Positions 53,640 to 64,000 of a DNA stretch of 64,000 nt are shown in pieces. Under the pieces are notes generated by a model that had not been told where the DNA came from, did not search any database, and saw only the letters and a list, made by a program, of their open reading frames with translations. The stretch is from Daphnia carinata (lineage: Eukaryota). Positions within the stretch are counted from its first letter, which is position 1. Every line of letters begins with the position of its first letter. Made by a program: the position numbers and the translations under genes. The stretch covers positions 62,001-126,000 of the forward strand of contig NC_081333.1 of NCBI RefSeq assembly GCF_022539665.2, written 5' to 3'.

Positions 53640-56600
53640 ATGACTACACAGCAACAACCGCCCCCCCGAAAGGTTTGCATTACCTTTTTGCGCCTAAATT
53701 AACACTCAATCGAAAATGTAGTGACGTAAAAATATTATTGGGTGCCAAATTTTCACAGGGAAATTATGCAAAGGTATTGAGAAATTTACATGCAGAGCAG
53801 TTATCCAAAGTACAATGGAAACACCAGCAAGAATGTGAATTATTGGAAGATTTGAGGTATTTTATATTGAAAAAATTTTACATTATGTTGTCATAACAAT
53901 TCAAATATAAACAACAAACCAATAACTGTATTCTAACACACGATAAATAGGAATTTCGTCAAGCAAAGATGCGCCGTTGAGAAATCCTATGGCGAGGTAT
54001 GATATCGATCCACCCTCTCTTTTATGGTCGTGTGTGTAGCATAGATAAATTATACTCGAGCTATTGATTGACGGATACAAGTTCTCTATCTCTGTAATAT
54101 TTCCTTTCGGATTTCGATCCCGCAGGCGATGCAGAAGATATCGTCCAATTACCTCAACAAGAAGATGCCGCCCATTCACGAGCTGAATCACGACGAAATC
54201 AACCAGCAATGGTATTGTTGACATAAACATTCAAACAGCATCAATTCTGTGAAATTTGTATTGTAGGACTGTTTGGTCTATTTGGAGATCTCTACTCGAA
54301 GAAACGGACAAATTGGCAAAAGCCAAACTGGCCGCTGTTGAAATCTTCCAAACACAAATAGCAGACGATGTTAAAACCGTTCGTCAAAACAAACTCCAAT
54401 TAGCCAAAAAGGTAAATCCAATTAAATAATCGATGATGAATTCAGTTGATTAAAACAAATCAATTCAGAATCTGGACCTCCTCAAAGTCGTCCAAGGCGA
54501 AGTGCAGACTTGTGTCACCGAGCTGGACAAGCTGAAGAAAGTCTACGTCGACGACGAGCACGTCAGCCACGACGCCCGCGACAAGGCCCGCGAAGCCGAA
54601 GAAAAGTATTACATAACTAAGAACGTTTGTTAATCAGCTGTGAAATATTGATTTTCCAATTTTCAATCAGGTTGAAGAAGAAGAAGGGCAGCATTTTCCA
54701 GTCCGTCTCCTCCTTACAAAAGACGTCGGCCAAAGTAAGTTGTGAACTAGTAATTTTTAAAGTTCAATCAACAGAGCAAATCAATGGAAATGAATGATTG
54801 CAGTTGGGGAGCCGGAGGGAATTGTGCGAGGAAAAATCGACTCAAGCCCGCAACGCCTACCTGCTCCAACTGGCTTCAGCCAACGCCCACCAGAATCGAT
54901 ACTTTCATGTTGATCTCCAAAACGTCGTCAAGGTTAGAAGCCCATTTTGTTGTTATTATATCGAGTGCTGGGCACGTCTTGTCATCTTACATTATTACTC
55001 TTTATGGCAGACTCTCGATGGCGGAATGTACGAAAAAGTCGCCGAGTATTTTTCCATCCTCAGCCGGACGGAGCTCTACACCTGCTCCGCATCCCAATTC
55101 TCTTTCGGAAAGATCAAAGAACAAGCCATGACGGTATTCAATTATAATTTGTGTTCCTATATCAGCCAAATCAAATTTCCTATACTTTTATAGATCAGTC
55201 GCGACTACGATTTGGCCTGTTTTGTCAACGCCTTCCCCATTCTCAATCAGCATATCACTTACGATTTTGAGCCTTGCGACAACGACGTCATTGTGACGGT
55301 CAGTTTGCCTGCTATCTAACGTTGTTAATCACCATCGCCAGATGGCGTTGAAATTCGTATCAACATTAAAATTCTTTTTGCCGCCAATTTTTGTGGAAAA
55401 ACAGGTGGATCAAGCTCATGGAGCATCCACCGGGTTGATTCAAAGTGGAAAACAATATGCTTCTCGAGTCGCCCAGGAAACTAAAAAGATTAGGGAATTA
55501 ACAAGGACGCTACAAACTCTCCAAAATATGAAAGAAAACGGGTTGAAGGTCAATGTTAGTGTCACGCTCATTTTGAATAAAAATGTAAAAATTTTCTTCT
55601 TTCTAAACTTTACAGGCTGATCCAAATGAGCCAAATGGACCAGATATTGATGCCAAGACTGATGATATTAAAAACCAGTTGAGACGTTCAGAGGTAAAAT
55701 GTTCCTTACTGCAGTAAATTTTGGCTTATGTTTCATGAGATTTGTTTAATAACACAGACTGCCAAACTCAAAGCTGAAGCTCGATTGGAGTGCCTTCGTG
55801 CTGGTGGAGGTATTTGTTTAATAATAACATTATTATAATTTAGAACTAATATAAACACTTCTGAATGTAGTGAAAATCGATGAATTCCTTCAAGATGCAG
55901 AAGGGCTGATGACTCTTGGATTAATGAGGTCTTCCAGCCAACTCTCTTTCAGAGTGTGTTATTAGTATTTTTTTTTTCTAAGTTCATTTAAAGTCTGGCT
56001 TTGATTTAAATTTATTTATGTCTGTGCAGGAGTCAGCTCAAGAGGAATCGGAATTCTCGGACGGCGGGTCTCGCGCTGGTGCTGAAACGTCCCAACAGGA
56101 TGAGGAAGAAGATGATCCTGCCGATGAAGCTTTTGGTAAAGTCTTCTATGCAAATTTGTTGCGCAAAGTCTAAAATCAGTCTAATCCAATAATTGTTCAA
56201 AATAGCTGAACAAGTGGTGCAAGAGCAAATAGCTGAGATGCAGGCCACTTGGCAAGATCCAACCAGCGCATGGGATACCACCGATGGTTGGGGTGATGAT
56301 AGCAACTCACTTAATGCCAACACTACAACTACATCTGTTCAAATTGAGACTACAGCCAGCAACATTTCAGATCCTGCCCAGGCATCAGGAGATGCTAATA
56401 TCATTAAATGCATCGCCTTCTATCCTTACACGGTACATTCTTGTGATTTTAACTTGCTCTGTGCCTCATTCTCACCAATCTTTACGTATAGGCACAAAAC
56501 GCCGATGAGCTTTCTATGATGGAAAATGAAGAACTCGAAGTGCTGCTGGCCTTTTCTGAAGGTGATGGATGGGTCAAAGCTCGCAATTACAAAGGGGAAG

Positions 56601-58022
56601 AAGGCTACGTCCCTGAGAATTACTTAGATTTACACGCTGATGATCAAGTTCCATGTGGAAGTGACGAAGATCCCAATCAAAACGTCCATCAACACCCAGT
56701 GATTGCTGAAGAAGTTGAACCGGAAGATGAAGCGGAACAGGTCCTTGAGGTAGAGCAAGAAGATGCAGTTAGCATAGAGACGGCCTATCCGTTGGAGAAT
56801 CAAATCTCATTCTCGTCAGTCGACTACACTTATCAACAACAGGCCAGCGCCGAAGAAGAAATGGAATTTCCTGGCCCGACTGAAAGTGCACCTCTACCTC
56901 CGCCTCCTCCAGCTAATGCTCCCGATGTCGAAGTGTCGTCATCTCCAGTCATTGACCGAGTTATTGGCTATTGTCGAGCTCTTTACGACTATGACGCCAC
57001 ATCTGATGAAGAGCTGACCTTTTATGAAGGCGAAGTCATTGCCATTTTGCGTCGATCAGGTGCTCTTCATGATCAGGAGGTTGATGATGGTTGGTGGGAG
57101 GGCCAGCTGCTAACAGACGGAACAACTGGTGTTTTCCCCTCTTTAGTTGTTGAAGAATGTGGCCCGAATGGTGAAGAATTGACTCCAAAGGTATGAAAAC
57201 CATGTTTTTGTTGTGTTGCCAATATGTTAAGTTGACTAATTATTGTTTTATAGGTGTCGCCTGCAACACCTGAAGAGGAATCCGTGCCTCCACCGGGCAG
57301 CCCGCCAGTTGTCCCCACTTTCCTTTTACCTCCTGAACGGGTAATAATTACGCAACCTACACCCGAAACAGAATTCCCTGCAGATCACGGTATTGTTATC
57401 TAATTAAAAATGCAACTGTTGTTCAACTGATTGATTGTGGTGATTGAGCAGAACACATGTTCGACCAAAATGCTACTATTAAAGAAACTGACGAAGATGA
57501 AGATGATCTTGCTTCTGAAATGGTGCAAGTTCAACCAGGTATGTTATATAATTTACATTCGTTATTTAAATATCTCTTAATATTTTGCTATACTTTTGAA
57601 TTAGCAACACCTACTGAAGAAGAAGGAAACGGCCAGGTAACAACTTGAACCAATAGTTTCAAGTCTAGCTTAAATAAACTTATTTGTGTGCTTACTATAA
57701 CCAGATCACAGACGGATTGTCTGGGACGCAGATCATCGTGACTGCTTCGACGCCAATGGTTGAACATGAATTTAGATGTTTCGATCCCGTAGACGAAACG
57801 ACAAATGACGGAAAGGAAAAGGAAACACGACAAGATTTTGGTGATGATGGAATGGAGCCACCACCTCCACCAGCACCAGAGCCATCAGCAGCCGAAATAT
57901 CATGTCAGGACCAAGCCTTGCCACCAGTTACAGTCGCCGAGGAGGCAAAAACAGAGACAGCCAGCATAGGATTCGAGGATGAGTTCGTCCAACTTGAAAC
58001 TGCTAAGGAATCTTACGCTTGA
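53640..58022 (+). CDS. nwk: Nervous wreck / FCHSD-family F-BAR and double-SH3 protein, many short introns
   Basis: N-terminus MTTQQQPPPRK|GNYAKVLRNLHAEQ...QQECELLEDLR resembles Drosophila Nwk as I recall it. F-BAR motifs (ARNAYLLQLASANAHQNRYFHVDL) and two SH3 domains (CIAFYPYT|AQNADELS...GDGWVKARN; CRALYDYDATSDEELTF...DDGWWEG...GVFPS). Confidence 0.93.
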
Positions 58023-60558
58023 AAAACATCCGTGTGGTCTGCTGTGTAGGGTATACACATACATTTCAACTGCTGATGCTCATTGAGCAATAATTGTTGT
58101 TACATTTCATCTCAATAATCTTTCACTCAAATCCCACTTCACTGCCCATTTATTTGTTCATCCAGGTCTGCGTGTAACACCACAGCCAATGGAGAATCTA
58201 AAATAATTTGCTTCTTCTCCAGTTAAAATAGCCTCCCCTAAATGATCGTGAGTTGTGTCTTCATTACAACCATTGTTCATCTAGTTGTTTTTTTTTTTTT
58301 TCAGGTGCACAATGGGATAGGGTATGTCACTCTTTTTTAGAAGCTTGTTAATAATCTTTGTGTTCCATCAACAGCAATTTTAAACATTTTGCTGTAGTTT
58401 GGATGATGATTTCATCCTGTCGTTGAATACCTAGCAGTTGATTCAGTGTCTAAAACAAAATTGGTTAATATCCCTTCATTTCATTTTGATTCTCTTGACT
58501 CATAATTAACTTCATTAAAAGAGTGATAATTGTTTAATGTAGGCATTCCAATCTTGCCACTGATTTATAGTAACATTTTGAAAAAAAAAAAGAAAAAAAT
58601 ACTTCGATTTGCTTATTATCATTAAAGACATCAACTCATTTGTAACATATAAAATCATCATACGATATAGTCCAACCATGACTTATTTCTGTTTGATTTG
58701 TCTAGTCCATTTCTCAAAAGGAGTTCAAATGTTAGAATAAGCCATTATTTATTTGTGCAAACACTTGTAGTGTCTGTGGGAAGAATCACAAGCCATATAA
58801 GATCTAATAATTGTATTATCATTTGTGTGTGTGTGTATGTGGTTGAACAATTGTTCCCATCACCGTCGTCGTTTGACATTTTGAGATTATTATGATCTGC
58901 TCTTAGTTCTGGTTTGTCTCCGTCATCCCCCAATACACACACATACTCACCAAAGCAGTTATGTTTGCGTTCAAATAGAAAAACATACACTATAACTCAT
59001 CAACGTTCAGGTGAAAAAATGTAAGAAGAAATTAGAGACGATACGTAACCCTTTCCCGAGAATTTGTCATTGACGAAGAAAGTTTCTCACCCGACATTTC
59101 CAACTTTATTCCGTCGGGAATCCTTTGCCTTCACTTATTCATAGAGGAGCCAATGTAGATGGTTGTGTTTGTATAATTAATTGACCCACTGTTTAAGAAG
59201 TTAAATTTTCCGATTTTAAAAGTTCAGTCACGTGAGAACGTAAACTTTGTGGCGCCATAAAAGTGAGCCATCTATCGGTTAAACGATTCACTAGGATTAA
59301 AATTAGCTGGCACAAGAAATTTTCCAATAGGCGTACCCAATGAACTCCTCCACCTAGCAACGGATTGTGTAAATTACCAGAAAAAAACGGCACATTTCCT
59401 TTCTGGGTTCATCGGAAGCATATGAAGGGCATCGTAGGAACTTTCGATAATTCGTTACTTGGCGAATAACCCAGAAATAATATAGTTGCGATAAAAACGC
59501 CCATGGGTATAACAACCGGAAATTTGCCTTTATAAAATGAAAGAAAAAGTGACACGAGACCTTGATCAAATGCAAAGAAAAGACGCACAAACACTTTCTC
59601 TTTTCCGGAAAACTAAAAAAAAAACCCATTCCACAAGTCAGAGATTTCTCATCAAAACTTTCGATATGTAAATACAACGTAAACAACGAAACCCAACGAC
59701 CGATCATCTTTATCGCTCACGTGTTTCCCCCACATTCTTTTTCTTGATAACATAAAAGTAAAACGTTTTACGCTGCTATATAGGCCTTTAGAAATTTTAA
59801 TCGATAATTAAATCGAAGATGTTAACGATCCAACATGATTTGGCAACCTTGATTGATGAAATGTTAAATGGGTCACACGAAAAGGAAAATTTTCTCACTC
59901 TCCGGACATTCAACTCGTGTTGAAAAAAAAAATCCCTAAACATACGCACGTTCACTTCCCATTTCGGCAACTAACCTGCTTTTCTCTTTCAAGACGAGCC
60001 CCCAAAGCCCCGTTACACACGAGGCACAGAGGAAGAGATTGCCTAAGCAAGTTTCCTATCCATTCGCTTTACGAACGGCGAATCGTCTGCCAGCTGCAGT
60101 CGCACACACACCCGAAAACTCGTTTTACTCGGTGCCCTACATTTTTTTGTGTGTTTTTTTTTTACAATATAACTCGTATTAACGAGCTACATACGTTTCT
60201 ATTAGGTATGATGAGCGGTTTAAATTTTTTCTTAATATACTATTACTTCTTTCCTGGAGTTTAATAAGCAATGCAGTAATTAGTAGTTGGATCCAACTGT
60301 TGCAGTTGATTATGAGCCAAATTTAATTTAGCAATTCGCTCGTTGTAAACAAAGTCTATTTTTGCTTGAACGTTGAATCCCTGTTTTATTTTTACGTATT
60401 TCGTTGTTGTCCAGAGTTTTTCTGTAGTCTATTTCATCCTTACAGTTAGTACGTTTTGATTGACACAGTGCTGATGTTTTATACATTGAAACAATACTAT
60501 TGCAGGTTATGCTGCTTTAATAAATTGGTGTTTTTATTTCAATAGATTTTCCTGAGAG

Positions 60559-63500
60559 ATGGCTGAGGGACATCAAGCTGTGGCCTTCTCGTTTGCCATC
60601 ACCCATGAGGGCTTAGACGTTAACTTTGATTTTGAGGTACTACATTGAAACTATGTTGCCATCTGGTTGTCTTGTTTTTAAAAAACTTTGTGGGGATTCC
60701 CCATACAGGTAATTAGACTTATTGCCAGGAGTGCTGTACGTTCCTGGAGGAAGAGGAGCACACGCTTTCAGGTACCAGAACTCACAGTTTCTCTGAGTGG
60801 TTTTTATCTAACTTTTTGCTCTGTTTTAGACAAGTCTCAAGTCGAGCTTTTTCCCAGGTTCTCTTCGCTCCTTGGTTTTAACAGAAGCAGTTTTTATTGG
60901 TGCTGAGAAATCTGGATATGATGTGACATTTGGGCTAACCGATAAGCTTATAGTCCATTTTCCCAAGTATACACCAAACCAAGCATATCAACTTCTCTTA
61001 CTGTGCATTAATTTCCAACATACCAAACAGGAATTCTGTAGAATATCGGGTGCTATGTTCGGCTATTCTCGGACTAGCCGGTTGGACGGGAGTCATCTTT
61101 TCATTGAGGGAACTTATGCGACTTCTCCTCAAATATCACGGATGGTTGTACGAGGAAAGAGGAGCGGGGAGACAGGTCAGTCTACCAACTCGGGCTTGGT
61201 TGCTTGCTATGCAACCATTCTTCCGTCTATTCAAGCCCCAACTGTACTCGTTTCAAGGTACTTTGCCTACTCTGCCCGTTCCAGCACTCACCTCTACTCG
61301 CGAAAAGGTTTGTATTACAACTCACAGAATAGAGAAAGGCACAAAAAATGTTGACATTTCATTTTTTTTACGTTACAGTATTTGAGAAGTGTCCGTCCGC
61401 TTTTAGACGACGCCCAGTATGCTCGTATGGAAAAGCTTTCCTTGGAATTTATTAATGGCATTGGTCGAAAATTGCAGCGCTACCTTTATCTGAAGCGAAT
61501 GTAATTACTTTATTTAGTTTCCCAAAGAATTTAGTAAAATTTTGAATTTAATTCAGGTGGTCAACTAATTACGTTTCGGATTGGTGGGAAGAATACGTTT
61601 ATCTTCGCGGTCGTTCTCCCATCATGGTCAATTCCAATTTTTATGGAATGGACACTCTTTTCAAACATCCAACAAGAAACCAAGCGGCTCGTGCTGCTAA
61701 TATTATCTACGAAGCTCTAATGTTCCGTCGTGCCATTGAGAGATCAGAATTGGAACCCATCATGGTCCAAGGGACAGTGCCTCTCTGCTCTGCACAGTAC
61801 GAACGCGTTTTCAATACGACCCGAGTCCCGGGAATTGAAACGGATCGTATCGTCCACCTGGACGATTCGACTCACTGCGCCGTTTACTGCCACGGCAAAT
61901 ATTTTAAAGTCCCACTGTACGTAAAGGGACGTTTACTTCGTCCTTGCGAGCTGGAAATTTCGTTACAGAAGGTTATCGATGATGATTCGGTCGTCCAGCC
62001 GGGTGAGGAGAAATTAGCTGCCCTTACCGCCGGCGACCGTGTTCCATGGGCTAAATGTCGTCAAGAATATTTTGGCAAAGGAATAAACAAAGTTTCGTTG
62101 GCTGCCATTGAAGGTGCCGCTTTTGTGGTGGCACTAGACGACGAAGATTTTAATTTCGATCCGGTATTTACAACTTTCATTTTCGTTTGGAATACTTAAC
62201 TTGTTTTTGTTTTTTGTTAGGATGATCATACTCAGCTGGACAGATACGGTGAGAGATTGCTTTACGGAAAGGGTTACGACCGTTGGTTTGACAAGTCATT
62301 CACGTTGGTGATTGGCACAAATGGACGCGTGAGTTTCCCTTTTGCCCAACATTTGATTTGTCCAATTTTTTCATTTATTATCTCGTTACTTGTAGGTCGG
62401 ATTCAATGCGGAACACTCGTGGTAAGTAAAAAAAAACTAACATTTCTGGTTTTTTTCTTTTTGGTCTTTTATCAAACGTCTGACGGAATGCAAAGTGGGA
62501 AGGGTCTGGGAGGTAAATAACAATGGACATTGTATAATAACCTAAATTTGAAAAACAATACCATGACGTCCCAGGGCCGATGCTGCAGTTTTAGCGCACA
62601 TGTGGGAATTCGTCCTGGCAGAAGACGTACTTGTCCCTCGGTAAAGATATTGCCCCATTCCCTCCAATCGAATAGCAATCATTTAATTTAGACAATGGCT
62701 CTCCATTTAATGCACTTTTTTAGCTCCTTTTCTCTTTGCTGTGCACTTCCGTCAAAAGCTTCTCATTGATTTCTCGCTCTTTTTTTTTTCTTTCTCAAAT
62801 TATTTTGGACTACAAATGTAAATCGAAGGTGCCGGGTATTTCCAGTTTTCTTTTTGAAAAATTCTATTAATCTTCTTTTATTATTACCGTTTCTCTTGTC
62901 CTTTTCTCGTCTTTTTATTTGTTCGTCTGTGTGTGTGTTTGTCCGTCCGTCCGTTGCGTTTTCAGGGCTGACGCTCCCGTCATGGGCCATCTTTGGGAGC
63001 ATTGCTTATTCACCACTGAAACGGCGTACACTGGGTAAGGTCACCGTTTTCCTGAACAAAACAGGAATAAGCACAAAAGCAATATTTTTTTCCATTGTAT
63101 TGTGTTCCACTTAGATAATTTAACAAAACAAATTTCTTATGTTTTGTTTGTTTGCATTTGAATGTGTCGTCGAAAACGACTGAACTAAAAGAAACAACTG
63201 TTATTTACGAAATTTTCGTTTTGGGGGGAGAGAATGACATGTCAAAGCATTTGAGTGGAAAACGAAACCGGTAGCTCCATGAATTTTCTCTTGTGTAGTT
63301 TGAAATAGTTTTTGCATGTTTTCTTTTCAAACATTTCTGCACGCATTCCGTTTTGCACGTTTCATGTTTTCCTATTTCGTTTTGCATGCAACATTTTCCT
63401 TTAGATTTTTCTGCCTTCTATATTTGTGTAGCATGCGCTCGCTTCTGATTTTCACATCCTAAAAGCATTCCTTAAACATCCCCATTCATTTATGAACTCG

Positions 63501-64000
63501 CTATTAACATTTGTTATTGTGGTGTGTAGATACAAGGAGGATGGCCATTGCAAGGGAGTCCCGGAATGCATTCCTCCTACACCTATCCGCCTCAGGTGGG
63601 AAATGCCTGAGGCTTGTATCGACAAGATCGAATCCAGTTATCAGGTCCGTAAAAATTTTTTATCGTGCACGTAATTGTATTTTTTCGTGGTTCTGAGGAA
63701 TTCTATTGTCCCACGAAAAAGGAAGAAATATTTCACGTAAAAATGTTTCGGTTGTTGTATCCTTTAATAACGGGAAACAGGTGGCCTTGGGGCTTCTGAA
63801 CGACGTCGATTTGCGTCTATTGGCCCATTCAGCTTTCGGCAAGGGCCTTATGAAAAAATGTCGCATCAGTCCGGACGCTTTCATCCAAATGGCTCTCCAA
63901 TTGGCCTATTATCGGGTACGTTTTTATAGAGTCGTTTTTCATTTCAAAAGGAAAGAAAACGTAACAATTTTTTTACGAAACAGGACGCGGGCAAATTCAG
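60559..64000 (+). CDS. CPT1: Carnitine O-palmitoyltransferase 1 (withered-like), 5' part, truncated by the window end
   Basis: [67 protein letters not shown], catalytic NAEHSWAD, and [27 protein letters not shown]. Confidence 0.96.
62575..62640 (+). CDS. CPT1: CPT1 alternative exon A ([22 protein letters not shown])
   Basis: CCAG| acceptor and |GTAAAG donor, 66 nt, phase 2-2. Confidence 0.8.
62966..63034 (+). CDS. CPT1: CPT1 alternative exon B ([23 protein letters not shown])
   Basis: TTTTCAG| acceptor and |GTAAGG donor, 69 nt, phase 2-2, homologous to exon A. Confidence 0.8.

Overview
Gene-dense, intron-rich animal genomic DNA. The nwk, smoothelin-like and single CPT1-type genes point to an arthropod, and the many ~60-75 nt introns and compact spacing suggest a Daphnia-like crustacean (an inference, not verified). 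Eleven spliced protein-coding genes could be traced by hand: WSB1 (+), DZIP1-like (-), LAMTOR4 (+), malectin (+), a ~21 kb smoothelin-like CH-domain gene (-), a TWIK/K2P potassium channel (-), a pseudokinase-kinase-WD40 gene with IRE1-like kinase domains (+), voltage-gated proton channel Hv1 (-), ATP synthase subunit b (-), nervous wreck/FCHSD (+) and the 5' part of CPT1 (+, runs off the window). Highlights: (1) a tandem IRE1-like pseudokinase+kinase fused to WD40 repeats with no RNase or TM domain; (2) two, possibly three, mutually exclusive exons swapping the first helix of the smoothelin CH domain; (3) a ~5.7 kb cassette exon in the same gene with a 1-nt frame break in a polyQ tract; (4) two alternative exons directly after the catalytic His of CPT1. 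No RNA genes, transposons or CRISPR arrays could be supported. Exon coordinates were read by eye and may be off by a few bases.
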